Source: a virus (lineage: Duplodnaviria > Caudoviricetes). From it: a stretch of DNA of 39,047 bases. Position numbers and translations under genes: made by a program. Below are positions 26,277 to 36,017 of this stretch, piece by piece. Location: positions 1 to 39,047 of the IMG/VR virus record IMGVR_UViG_3300020045_005806; one strand, 5' to 3'. Within the stretch, counting starts at the first letter, position 1. Each line of letters opens with the position of its first letter. The notes below the pieces were generated by a model. That model made no database searches, had not been told where the DNA came from, and saw only the letters and a program-made list of their open reading frames with translations.

Positions 26277-26321
26277 AGACTAGATTAAAGAATTGATTAA
26301 GACAAGTGGTTAATGTAAAAT
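26277..26321. promoter_or_regulatory. Overlapping divergent sigma70 promoters
   Basis: Plus: TTGATT(26293-26298)-17-TAAAAT(26316-26321); minus: TTGTCT(26305-26300)-17-TAGTCT(26282-26277). Confidence 0.65.
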
Positions 26322-26361
26322 AATCGCTCTAAATAAAAACGGCATGTAAAGGAGTTTTATT

Positions 26362-26574
26362 ATGCGTAACAAGCTATGTAGTTGGATTGACAAATTTGGT
26401 GGTGCAACAAAAGTTGGTGCTGCCTTAGACCTTAGTGAAGCAGCAGTTGGTGTGTGGATGAGAGGGCATGGTTCTCCTGAGGCAAAAACAATTGATAGAC
26501 TGATAAAGCTTTCAAAAGGTGAACTAACCTTTGACATCATTTATAAGTGTTCCACTTGTAATCCAAAAAAATAA
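26362..26574 (+). CDS. Cro-like HTH regulator
   Basis: FGGATKVGAALDLSEAAVGVW..G..P; AAGGAG RBS. Confidence 0.85.
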   Translation: MRNKLCSWIDKFGGATKVGAALDLSEAAVGVWMRGHGSPEAKTIDRLIKLSKGELTFDIIYKCSTCNPKK

Positions 26575-26586
26575 ATTGGAGTTCTC

Positions 26587-28974
26587 ATGTCTGAATACAA
26601 ACAAAAAGAGATAAGACGTTTGCACTCACTTGGGTTTGCAATTCATCTCTTAAAACCAAGATCAAAGGTTCCTGTTAAACCTGGATGGAGTGGTGATTCA
26701 AAAGATTCAGTTAAGACTCTTCTGAAGGAACTAAAACCAAACAGTAATATTGGAACTAAACTTGGTAAGCCTTCACTCATCACAACACCATTTGGTGATG
26801 AAGGTTATCTGGCAGTAATAGATGTGGATGTGAAGGGTACAAGTGAAAAGCACAAGAGAACTGCTGAAGCAAAAGTAGAAGAGATTTTTCCAGGTCTTCT
26901 AGCTACTGCGCCTATTACTTACTCTGGCCGTGGTAATGGTTCAATGCACATCTGGTGTTTGGTTGACTCTCCACTTGATTCAAAAAAGATTACTTCTAGT
27001 AATGAGATTATTGAAGTCCACATGCCTTCAACAAAAGCTTCTAAAGCTGATATTGAAAAGCTTGGTAAGAAAAAGACTGATGCAGGAATAAGATTAAGAG
27101 CAGCATGGGAGATTGATTTCATGTGTGCTGGTAGGCAGGTTGTGCTTCCACCTTCAATCCATCCTGATTCAGGTTTAAAGTACCGCTGGCATAGAGCAAT
27201 CCATGATGTCACTGATCTTTCATTTGTGGACATGGAGCAGATTCTTTCTACTCATTCTACAAAGAACACCAGTAAAGGAGCAGGAAGACCCCAAGGAAGT
27301 GCAACAAATGCAATTGCTCCTGTTGATCCAGATATGCTTGAACTAGAGATGAGACTCAAGCCATACGTGCTTGATCAGCTTATAGATGGTGATGGAGTTG
27401 AAGACCGTTCAGCAGCTTGTCTTTCAGTTGCCATGCACATGAAACGTGCTGAGTTCACTGATGCAGAAGTAGTTGGTGTTCTCACTAACAGAACATTTTA
27501 CTTAGGTGATGTTGCTTATGAACATGCCAAAACTGAAAACCGTTTAAGATCTTCCAAGTGGGTAGAGAAATATTGTCTTGAGAAAGCAGTCTATGAAGTC
27601 AGTGGAGCTAAAGACTTTGAAGGCGAGGTTGAAGAATACCCAACACTTCCACCAGAGAAAGCAAAAGCTAAAAGAGAAAAGCTTATTAAGGATAAGAAAG
27701 AAAGACTATGGACGCTTAACCTTGACCGTACTGAAAAAGGCAATGTCAAAGTTACTGGAAGAAATGTTGTGATGATTATTGAAAATGATGTTGCTCCTGA
27801 TGTTTTAAGGTTTGATGAATTTTCTTACTCTCCAATATTCTTTAGACCTAATCCATGGGGTTCTAAAGTTGGTTCAAAGGTTCAAGATATTGATTATATC
27901 AAATGCAGATTATGGATTGCTAACAAGTGGAAGATTGAACCATCTGTTAACGAGGTGATGCTTGCATTTAAAGCTATAGCTGAAAAAAATATGTTCCACG
28001 CTGTTAAGGAGCATCTTGAGGCGTTACCTGAATGGGATGGAGTGCCTAGGCTTACCACTTGGATGAAGAGGTTATTGGGTGCTGAAGCTCCTGAACCTTA
28101 CTTGTCTGAAGTCAGTAAGAAGTTTTTAGTGTCTGCTATTGCTCGTGTATTTGAACCTGGTTGTAAGCTTGATGCAACTGTTATCTTTGAAGGGGTTCAA
28201 GGTTTAGGTAAGTCAACCATTGGTGTAATATTTGCAACTGATAAATGGTTCCTAGATAAACTACCAGACCTCCATGATAAAGATGCTGCACAAATCCTAC
28301 AAGGCAATTGGTTTGTTGAGATGGGAGAGTTGAGTTCAATCAAACGCTCTGATGTTGAGACAACTAAAAACTATCTAACAGTTAAGGTTGATAAGTTCAG
28401 ACCTGCTTATGGTCATTGTCCAATTGAAAGTCCAAGACAATGTATCTTTTTTGGTACAACCAACAGTTCAGACTATCTAAAAGATAAATCAGGTAACAGA
28501 AGATTCTGGCCAATTAAAGTCAATAACATTGATCTTGAAGCTGTAAGGCTTGAACGTGATCAATTGTTAGCTGAAGCTTTAATTGCTTATGACTTTGGTG
28601 AGACTCTTTATCTGGATAAAGAAGTTGAAGCAATTGCTAACGTGGTTCAAAGCAAGAGAGTTGTTGAAGATGATTCTGATGTTGTGTTCAGCACACTTTA
28701 TGATTGGGATAAATCTATTAGAAAGAAGCGTGAACAACTTGCTAAAAAAGGTCATGACTTAAAACAGCTTACTTTTAAAGTTCAAGATTTATTTGGTGAA
28801 TTTATGTCAGATGAATTTGGTGAAAATTCAAAACCACCTTTGAATGAATTTGCTAAACACCCTTACAAATATCAACTTGCTGGTGGAGCTTTAAAGAAGC
28901 TTGGTTATGAAAATTATCTAAGTAATGGACGCATGAAATGGAGGCAAGTGAAATACACCTCTACTGAAAAGTAG
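26587..28974 (+). CDS. Primase-polymerase fused to VirE/VapE-type SF3 helicase
   Basis: VIDVD, H, VLPPSIHP prim-pol motifs; WDG..RL, GVQGLGKST, GTTN, GNRRFWP helicase motifs. Confidence 0.93.
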   Translation: MSEYKQKEIRRLHSLGFAIHLLKPRSKVPVKPGWSGDSKDSVKTLLKELKPNSNIGTKLGKPSLITTPFGDEGYLAVIDVDVKGTSEKHKRTAEAKVEEIFPGLLATAPITYSGRGNGSMHIWCLVDSPLDSKKITSSNEIIEVHMPSTKASKADIEKLGKKKTDAGIRLRAAWEIDFMCAGRQVVLPPSIHPDSGLKYRWHRAIHDVTDLSFVDMEQILSTHSTKNTSKGAGRPQGSATNAIAPVDPDMLELEMRLKPYVLDQLIDGDGVEDRSAACLSVAMHMKRAEFTDAEVVGVLTNRTFYLGDVAYEHAKTENRLRSSKWVEKYCLEKAVYEVSGAKDFEGEVEEYPTLPPEKAKAKREKLIKDKKERLWTLNLDRTEKGNVKVTGRNVVMIIENDVAPDVLRFDEFSYSPIFFRPNPWGSKVGSKVQDIDYIKCRLWIANKWKIEPSVNEVMLAFKAIAEKNMFHAVKEHLEALPEWDGVPRLTTWMKRLLGAEAPEPYLSEVSKKFLVSAIARVFEPGCKLDATVIFEGVQGLGKSTIGVIFATDKWFLDKLPDLHDKDAAQILQGNWFVEMGELSSIKRSDVETTKNYLTVKVDKFRPAYGHCPIESPRQCIFFGTTNSSDYLKDKSGNRRFWPIKVNNIDLEAVRLERDQLLAEALIAYDFGETLYLDKEVEAIANVVQSKRVVEDDSDVVFSTLYDWDKSIRKKREQLAKKGHDLKQLTFKVQDLFGEFMSDEFGENSKPPLNEFAKHPYKYQLAGGALKKLGYENYLSNGRMKWRQVKYTSTEK

Positions 28975-29300
28975 GGTGTTTTTAGAAAAATTATCGGATA
29001 TTTGAAGGCAAAATAATTAAAATAAGCCTCCAATTATCCGGATTTTTCAAAGGTTATATTTATTATTGGTAATTAATATAAAGGAGGTTTTAGGGCAAAA
29101 GTGGAGGAGTCATCTCTACTAATTTTGGTGCTACCCTACACCATTGTTTCATAGTAGAAATTGGTTAATAGTAGAGTAGTAGAGTAGTAGTATTATAGAT
29201 TACAGATAGTAGTAATAATAAATGTAATAATAGATATATTTATTGTTGATATTTATTTTATAAGGACTATATGGAAAATCACCTCCCCTCTACACCTACT
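28955..29300. other. Putative replication origin
   Basis: Non-coding; repeated CTCTAC/GTAGAG-type motifs in both orientations flanking an AT-rich core, directly after the primase-helicase. Confidence 0.65.
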
Positions 29301-29389
29301 ATACTTTTGAGGTTTTGGTAAAAGTTTAAAAGGTTGATCGGGCTTGGAGAGTTAATAACAAATGGTGTTCTAAATTAAAGGAGAACAAA

Positions 29390-29638
29390 ATGGTAACTGC
29401 AACACAGATTCTAAAATTGGAAGAAAGACAAAAGCACATTGAAACAACTGATGGAGAAACTGAAGTTATAAAAATAACTAGAAGTCAGTTCAGAGTTTTA
29501 TTAAGGTTATCAATTGAGCATGAAATTTTATTCACTAAGTATGAGCAAGATGAATTAAATAATTTTCTTGATTTAGTAGCTCAAGCTTATGGTGGAAAAA
29601 CTAGAGTTGATGCTCAAGCTTATTTTTTAGATAATTAA
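29390..29638 (+). CDS. Hypothetical protein
   Basis: AAGGAG RBS. Confidence 0.7.
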   Translation: MVTATQILKLEERQKHIETTDGETEVIKITRSQFRVLLRLSIEHEILFTKYEQDELNNFLDLVAQAYGGKTRVDAQAYFLDN

Positions 29639-29640
29639 TT

Positions 29641-30192
29641 ATGAGAAATGAACTTGAACTTTTAAAAAGAGTTAAATCTAAAAAAAGAAAGCGTTCAACA
29701 ATCAATGAAGCTGTTGGCAACACTGAAGCTGTAAGATCACTCCACCACATCGGGTGGGGTGCTTATAAAATTCCAGACACCATGGGTTCAAGGTTCACCA
29801 GTGATAAGCCTTGTGACATTATTGCTTGCTCACCTAAAGGACGTTATGTAGCGATTGAAGGGAAGATGATAAAGAAATGGTGTTCCTTCAATGCAAAAGT
29901 TTTAAGGCCCAATCAAATTTTTGAACTGGATAGGGCAACGTTGAAATGTAAAGGCAGGGCATTTGTTTTTCTTTATGTGAGAATTCAAGCAGACAAAGAG
30001 AAAGGCACTCAGAGAGTTCATAAGCTTTGTGTATTTGATTGGAAGCTTCACAGAGGTTCATTGATTAACAAAGGGTATTCGATTGAAGCAATCAAAACAC
30101 AATCAGTTGGTGTTTGGTTTGATCCAATCAAAAACAAAAATGGAAAAACAATTTATAATTTAAGAAAACTTTTGAAGAGAGGTATGAAATGA
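29641..30192 (+). CDS. RecU-like PD-(D/E)XK Holliday junction resolvase
   Basis: KIPD...PCDII.....G..VAIEGK; LRPNQ. Confidence 0.75.
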   Translation: MRNELELLKRVKSKKRKRSTINEAVGNTEAVRSLHHIGWGAYKIPDTMGSRFTSDKPCDIIACSPKGRYVAIEGKMIKKWCSFNAKVLRPNQIFELDRATLKCKGRAFVFLYVRIQADKEKGTQRVHKLCVFDWKLHRGSLINKGYSIEAIKTQSVGVWFDPIKNKNGKTIYNLRKLLKRGMK

Positions 30193-31319
30193 AAAAGTTC
30201 CCAACGCTTTATAAAAAGAATACTCAAGGAACAATTGAACAATGGTCAATCACTGTTGAAGGCAACAGGCAGAAGATGAAAGCTGAAGTTAAATGTTACT
30301 TTGGAGAGCATGAAGGTAAGATTCAATTTAAATCTTACCACATTACTGAAGGGAAAAATATTGGTAAGAAAAATGAGACAACACCAATTGAACAGGCAAT
30401 GCTTGAAGCTGAAGCAAAATGGATGAAGAAACTTAAATCAGGTTATGTTGAAAGTCTCAATGATGCTTTTGCTGGTAAGCTGAACAAAATTATTACGGGT
30501 GGTATATCTCCCATGCTTGCTCACAAGTTTGAAGACCATCAGGATAAAATTCAGTTCCCTGTTTATGTTCAACCAAAGCTGGATGGAGAACGGTGTGTGG
30601 CCATGAAGATCAATGGTGTGGTTACTCTTTGGACTAGATCACGTAAGCCAATCACATCATGCCCTCACATCGTTGAACAGGTTAGAGACATTCTTTCACC
30701 TTACAGCGTGGATTGTTTTTTAGATGGGGAACTTTACATTCATGAAGCTGATAACTTTGAAAAGATTATGAGTGCAGTTAGAAAACAAAATCCAACTGAA
30801 GAGAGTAAACAAATTGAGTTTCATGTTTATGATTGTGAAATACTGGATGACCTTGCAAGTCCGTTTCAACTTAGAAAAGAGTTCTTAGATAACCTACCCG
30901 ATTATTTTTCTCACGTTAAGATTGTTGAAGCAGACATGTGTTACGGAATGAGTTCAGTTAATGACAACCACAACTTCTTTGTTAAGAAAGGTTATGAAGG
31001 TGTCATGATCAGAAGCGTTGATGGTGTTTATGAAAACAAAAGATCAAAACATCTCTTGAAGCTTAAAAACTTTCTTGATGATGAATTTGAAATCGAAGAT
31101 GTAAAAGCTGGTAAGGATAAATCAGTGATCTTTGTTTGCAAGATTGGTAAAGAATATTTTGAAGCAACAATGAGTGGCAACAAAGATGAGAACCAAAAAT
31201 ATTTAAAAGATTCTAGTTTATGGGAAGGCAAAAAGCTTACAGTGAAGTACCAGTGCCTAACAGGTGCTAAAAAAGTTCCAAGGTTCCCTGTTGGTTTAAA
31301 AATCAGGAATGACTTATGA
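30189..31319 (+). CDS. ATP-dependent DNA ligase
   Basis: PMLAH, QPKLDGER, LDGELY, YEGVMIR, LLKLK, PRFP. Confidence 0.95.
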   Translation: MKKFPTLYKKNTQGTIEQWSITVEGNRQKMKAEVKCYFGEHEGKIQFKSYHITEGKNIGKKNETTPIEQAMLEAEAKWMKKLKSGYVESLNDAFAGKLNKIITGGISPMLAHKFEDHQDKIQFPVYVQPKLDGERCVAMKINGVVTLWTRSRKPITSCPHIVEQVRDILSPYSVDCFLDGELYIHEADNFEKIMSAVRKQNPTEESKQIEFHVYDCEILDDLASPFQLRKEFLDNLPDYFSHVKIVEADMCYGMSSVNDNHNFFVKKGYEGVMIRSVDGVYENKRSKHLLKLKNFLDDEFEIEDVKAGKDKSVIFVCKIGKEYFEATMSGNKDENQKYLKDSSLWEGKKLTVKYQCLTGAKKVPRFPVGLKIRNDL

Positions 31320-31441
31320 ACGCCCCACATATTTACCCACTATGGTATTACCTCTTAGGTGTCATCACAGTGTGTTTGCTTCCTAAGCTGAAAAAGAAAT
31401 CAAACCAGGTAAACGAGATTGAGCGCATCATTAGACTATAA
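31316..31441 (+). CDS. Small membrane peptide (41 aa), not in ORF track
   Basis: ATGA overlap with ligase; LWYYLLGVITVCLL hydrophobic stretch. Confidence 0.45.
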   Translation: MNAPHIYPLWYYLLGVITVCLLPKLKKKSNQVNEIERIIRL

Positions 31442-31613
31442 GCGTCAAGAAATTACGCCCACAAATCCATCAGGTGCTTGAGCAAATATGTCACATAGGT
31501 TATCGCTCAAGCACATTGATCTTGCTTTTAAACGAATTCTAAGCCCATAATTGAACCTAATCATCAATCCCTTTACAATTGGGAACACACAGGGAAAATT
31601 AAGGCATAGTGTT

Positions 31614-32060
31614 ATGGCGAAAAAAATTATTAAATCAATTGCCAGACCACCAACAACTTCTGAAGTTGGGTATAAAAAACCTCCTAAACATTCTCGCTTT
31701 AAGAAAGGCGTTAACCCTAATCCAAACAATATTAGAAAGCCTAAAGCTGTTCGTGCAATGGAAAAACTTTCAGAGCAAACACTTCAGCAAGTGATTGAGC
31801 TTGTCATGACTGGTTCAATGAAAGATTTGAAAGATGCTTTACAAAATCCTGATGTTTCATTTGCTCATCGTGTGATCTTGAAAGCTGCACTGAAAGCAGA
31901 AAAAGATGGAAGCTTTTACCAGCTTAATGAAATTCTCAATCGTGCAATCGGAACTGTTAAACAAAAAATTGATCACTCTTCTGAAGATGGTTCAATGTCA
32001 CCTACTCGTGAAGTTGTGAACTTCTACATTCCAGAAAACAAGCGTGATAATGAAACATGA
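31614..32060 (+). CDS. terS: Terminase small subunit (DUF5681-like)
   Basis: VGYKKPPKHSRFKKG..PNP motif; directly upstream of TerL. Confidence 0.8.
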   Translation: MAKKIIKSIARPPTTSEVGYKKPPKHSRFKKGVNPNPNNIRKPKAVRAMEKLSEQTLQQVIELVMTGSMKDLKDALQNPDVSFAHRVILKAALKAEKDGSFYQLNEILNRAIGTVKQKIDHSSEDGSMSPTREVVNFYIPENKRDNET

Positions 32061-33399
32061 AATCAGACCACAAGCAGGGCCACAAGAACAGTTCCTTGCT
32101 ACATCTGCTGATATTGCACTTTATGGTGGTGCTGCTGGTGGTGGTAAATCCTATGCGCTTCTACTTGAACCACTCAGGCATTTAAAGAACAGAGATTTTG
32201 GTGCAGTTATTTTCAGACGTACCACTAAGCAAGTTACAAACGAAGGTGGTCTGTTTGATACTGCCACACAACTCTATCCTCTCATCGGTGCTAAACCAAC
32301 AAACCTAACTTGGAAGTTCCCTACTGGAATGTCAGTAACATTTGCTCACTTGGAATATGAAAAGAACATTCTTGATTGGCAGGGTTCACAGATTACCTTG
32401 ATTGGCTTTGATGAGCTTACTCACTTCACAAAGAAAATGTTTTTCTACATGCTTTCACGTAACAGGTCTGTATGTGGTGTTAAGCCTTACATCAGAGCAA
32501 CAACAAACCCTGATAAGAAATCTTGGGTAAGAGATTTCATTGATTGGTGGATTGGGCCTGATGGGTTTGCAATACCTGAACGCTCTGGTGTCATCAGATG
32601 GTTCTATGTGATCAATGAAGAAATTTGTTGGGGTGATTCTAAAGAAGAGACAATGGCACTCTACCCTGACATGGCAAAAATAGCTCCACCAAAATCATTC
32701 ACGTTCATCAACTCAAAGCTTACTGATAATAAAATTCTCATGGAGAAAGACCCTGGTTACATGGCAAACCTTTTAGCACTATCCAAAACGGATAGAGAAA
32801 AACTAAAGGATGGTAACTGGAACGCAGAAGAAAAAGCAGGAGACTTCTTTCAAAAGACAATGTTCAAAGTTCTCAAGACTCCTGCCAATTGCAAAACCAT
32901 TATCCGTTATTGGGATAGGGCAGCAGGTGAGTCTGAAACTTCAGATTGGTCTGTTGGAATTAAACTTGGAAAAGGTGAAGATGGTTTTTGGTATGTCTTA
33001 GACATGGTGAGAGTTCAACAGTCACCAGGTAAACTTGAGCAAACAATTCTCAACACAGCTACACAAGATGGGAAGCACGTAACAGTTTATCTTGAACAAG
33101 ACCCTGGACAAGCTGGTGTTGCTGATGTCTCAAACTATGTGAAGCTTCTGAAAGCGTTTCATGTGAAAGTGAATAAAGTTGTTGTTGATAAAGTCACTCG
33201 TGCAAAACCTGTATCAGCACAATGTGAGCGTGGTAATGTTCATGTGATTGAAGGCAAATGGAACGATGCTTTCTTCAATGAGCTTGAATCTTTTCCACCA
33301 GGTTCAGGTGGTCACGATGATATTGTTGACTCTTTGAGTGGGGCATATAATATGATGGTTGATGGTACTTATTCACTTTCTGATTTTGTAAAGATGTAA
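32050..33399 (+). CDS. terL: Terminase large subunit
   Basis: YGGAAGGGKS, FDELTHF, RATTNP, YWDRA, HDDIVD. Confidence 0.97.
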   Translation: MKHEIRPQAGPQEQFLATSADIALYGGAAGGGKSYALLLEPLRHLKNRDFGAVIFRRTTKQVTNEGGLFDTATQLYPLIGAKPTNLTWKFPTGMSVTFAHLEYEKNILDWQGSQITLIGFDELTHFTKKMFFYMLSRNRSVCGVKPYIRATTNPDKKSWVRDFIDWWIGPDGFAIPERSGVIRWFYVINEEICWGDSKEETMALYPDMAKIAPPKSFTFINSKLTDNKILMEKDPGYMANLLALSKTDREKLKDGNWNAEEKAGDFFQKTMFKVLKTPANCKTIIRYWDRAAGESETSDWSVGIKLGKGEDGFWYVLDMVRVQQSPGKLEQTILNTATQDGKHVTVYLEQDPGQAGVADVSNYVKLLKAFHVKVNKVVVDKVTRAKPVSAQCERGNVHVIEGKWNDAFFNELESFPPGSGGHDDIVDSLSGAYNMMVDGTYSLSDFVKM

Positions 33400-33477
33400 C
33401 TTGGTGTTAACCTCTAGTTACTATGAAAATAAAAACAGTAGCGCAAAAGAAGCTTGAAGAGGCTTTGGAGAAACGAG

Positions 33478-34866
33478 ATGGTAACAAAAGCAAATCAAAA
33501 AAGTCTAAGCTCAGGCCCACCAAAAAGTTCAATTCTGGTGAAGTTAGATGGATGGATAAATGTTCTGACAGGATTGGGCGTAAAGGGGAAGGATAAAAAA
33601 TCTTCTGCTTCAGTTGTTTGGTGCAGACCAATGGAGCAAGAGGTTGAAGAGTTCTATGCTGCTGATGCGCTTGCAAGAAAGATTGTTGACCTACCTGTAT
33701 TTGAAGCACTCAACAAAGGTTACAAAGTTATTGGACTTGATAAGGAACAAAACGAAGCAGTCACAAAAGCAGGTGAAGCTCTCAATGTTCCAACACATGT
33801 TTCTAACGCTTGGACATGGGCAAGACTTTATGGTGGTTCAGGGATTGTTTTAGTTACTGATGGAATTGGTAAGCCTGAAATTCCAATGAGCGATAAAGAA
33901 AAACTCAAGTCAATGAACGTTCTTAATCGCTTTGAGTTGTACGTTAACTTTGAAAGAATTCAAAAAGATATTCTGCGCTCTAACTATGGTGAACCAGAAT
34001 ACTATCAGCTTCAACCAGTTCTAGGCATGACCACTGTTGGTAAAGCTTCTGCCAACACCATGAACATTCACGCTTCAAGAGTGATTCAGTTTGAAGGTAT
34101 TAAACTTCCTAAGCGTCTGAAGGTGAACAATCAGTATTGGGATGATTCAGTTCTTACTGCTCTTAAAGACTCCATCAGAAATTATCAAACATCACATTCA
34201 TCTGCTGCATCTGTTGTGGATGATTTTAGTATTGGTGTGTTCAAGATTAAAAACCTTGCAAGCCAAATTGCGTCTGATGGTGATGAAGCTGTTGTTGCAC
34301 GTATGCAAATCCTAAATCTCACACGTTCAATTGCACGTTGCGTGGTTATTGATTCTGAAGGTGAAGACTTTCAATATCAATCAAGAACTCTTGCAGGTCT
34401 TAAAGATGTGCTTGATAAAGCTGAATCACATTTAGTTGCTGAAACAAATATTCCTAACACTGTTCTGTTTGGTAACTCTCCAACAGGTTTAGGTGGATCA
34501 GGCAATCATGAAACAAATAACTGGTATGATTATCTCACCAGTGAACAGGAAAACTATCTCAAGCCTAAGCTCATTCAAATCTATAAGTATATTGCCATTG
34601 ATCTTGGATTAGATGCTTCTAAAATTGACATTGAATTTAATCCATTGTGGCAGATGGATGAAAAAGAAGAAGCAGAAATTAGAAAGGCACAAGCTGAAAC
34701 GGATCAGATGTACATTTCTAATGGTGTGGTTGATGCTGATGAAGTTGCTCAATCAAGATTTGGTGGAGAGAAATATTCCACTGAAACTCAACTGCTTCAT
34801 GAACGTGGTCAAGACTTCACACAAGTTTCAAAAGATGTTCCACCACTTACACCAACGGGAGTTTGA
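33478..34866 (+). CDS. Portal protein (DUF1073-like)
   Basis: DGWINVLTGLG, WARLYGG, IHASR, IPNTVLFG.SP.GL, FNPLWQ; GGAG RBS before ATG 33478. Confidence 0.92.
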   Translation: MVTKANQKSLSSGPPKSSILVKLDGWINVLTGLGVKGKDKKSSASVVWCRPMEQEVEEFYAADALARKIVDLPVFEALNKGYKVIGLDKEQNEAVTKAGEALNVPTHVSNAWTWARLYGGSGIVLVTDGIGKPEIPMSDKEKLKSMNVLNRFELYVNFERIQKDILRSNYGEPEYYQLQPVLGMTTVGKASANTMNIHASRVIQFEGIKLPKRLKVNNQYWDDSVLTALKDSIRNYQTSHSSAASVVDDFSIGVFKIKNLASQIASDGDEAVVARMQILNLTRSIARCVVIDSEGEDFQYQSRTLAGLKDVLDKAESHLVAETNIPNTVLFGNSPTGLGGSGNHETNNWYDYLTSEQENYLKPKLIQIYKYIAIDLGLDASKIDIEFNPLWQMDEKEEAEIRKAQAETDQMYISNGVVDADEVAQSRFGGEKYSTETQLLHERGQDFTQVSKDVPPLTPTGV

Positions 34867-34868
34867 TA

Positions 34869-35138
34869 ATGGACTTTAAAAAGTTTACTAAGCTTTTGAC
34901 CTTTATGATTATTCCTGCATTGATTGTGGGAATTCTTATTTATGACGGCATTGCAGTTTCTTCTGCTGGCAATGAAGCAAGCATTTCAAGCTTGCTCATC
35001 ACCAGTGCTTACCAAATGCCATTTATGGTTTTCTGCATTGGGTTCTTCATGGGAGTTCTTGCAGGTCATTTGTTTTGGCGCATGAAGGGCAACAAAGACA
35101 CCAGAGCTTTAGGACTTGATGTTGAACACTTAAAATAA
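34869..35138 (+). CDS. Two-TM membrane protein (holin-like topology)
   Basis: Two hydrophobic helices, GVLAGHLFW, charged C-terminus. Confidence 0.6.
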   Translation: MDFKKFTKLLTFMIIPALIVGILIYDGIAVSSAGNEASISSLLITSAYQMPFMVFCIGFFMGVLAGHLFWRMKGNKDTRALGLDVEHLK

Positions 35139-35147
35139 GAGGTAAAT

Positions 35148-35459
35148 ATGATCACGATTGTAAAAGGTGAAGATAAAGAAATCACCGTAAGACTCAAAGT
35201 AAAAGATGATGGGCCATTGGATTTAACCAATAAGGTCATCACAATTAAATACAAAGACGTTAACAATGTGGTGCAAACCCTTCCAGGTACTTTGGTAGGT
35301 CTTGCTACATCTGGACGCTTTAAGTTCAACCTCACTGATGCTCAAACTGAACTCTTGAAACTTAGTAACTTTGAGTTTGATGTTTACCTGACTGAAGGTT
35401 CTGTTGAGAACATTTACAAATCCACTGGACTTGTAATGGTGAAAGATAAGATCAGATGA
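35148..35459 (+). CDS. BppU N-terminal-like adaptor domain protein
   Basis: IVKGED...PLDLT...G.F.F.LT..QT..L pattern. Confidence 0.6.
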   Translation: MITIVKGEDKEITVRLKVKDDGPLDLTNKVITIKYKDVNNVVQTLPGTLVGLATSGRFKFNLTDAQTELLKLSNFEFDVYLTEGSVENIYKSTGLVMVKDKIR

Positions 35460-36007
35460 CATGTGAACCTACCATCGAGATTGATGGTAATAATGAAATA
35501 GAAATCGAGGTTGAATGTAATCAACCTGACAACTGTTTAGTTGAGATTGAGATTATTTCTCAAGATGTTGTGATTGAAGATGTATGTGAAGTTGTTGAAT
35601 CTTGTGTTGTGGTTGTTGAGGTTGAAACACAAGATGTAATTGTTGAAGCTGATAAGTGTTTAGTAGTTAATGAAGAGTGTGTTGATCTTGAAATTGATAA
35701 TTCAGAAGTTGAAGTTGAGATAGAGTATCAAATTCGAGTTGGCCCTGAAGGTCCACCAGGTCCGATAGGTCCACCAGGTCCGATAGGTCCGGGTGGTACG
35801 TTTGAAGTTGTACCAGTTACTATTGTTGCAAGTAATGTTTGGACATCAGTACCACTAGCAGTTGTGATATTAGTTTCTGATGTTGAGGTGTTTGATCAAC
35901 TCAACATGGAAAAAGTAATAATTGATATAAGAATTTTAACTGGTAACATTGTTGAGATAAGGTCAAAGAGTTTGAAAACATTTAATGTCCACGTAATGGG
36001 CACATAG
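35456..36007 (+). CDS. Acidic Cys-repeat protein with collagen-like stretch
   Basis: About four ~24-aa E/V/I/C repeats, then GPEGPPGPIGPPGPIGPG; 18-bp tandem repeat at 35750-35785. Confidence 0.65.
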   Translation: MTCEPTIEIDGNNEIEIEVECNQPDNCLVEIEIISQDVVIEDVCEVVESCVVVVEVETQDVIVEADKCLVVNEECVDLEIDNSEVEVEIEYQIRVGPEGPPGPIGPPGPIGPGGTFEVVPVTIVASNVWTSVPLAVVILVSDVEVFDQLNMEKVIIDIRILTGNIVEIRSKSLKTFNVHVMGT

Positions 36008-36017
36008 GAGAAACAAA

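Noticed and set aside
31475-31513. TGCTTGAGC/GCTCAAGCA inverted repeat before terS as pac site or late promoter element
   Set aside because: Repeat is real but a function cannot be supported from a single copy
33423-33596. Short ORF MKIKTVAQKK overlapping the portal 5' end, suggesting a frameshifted portal
   Set aside because: No clear RBS; portal has its own GGAG-ATG at 33478 ahead of the conserved DGW motif
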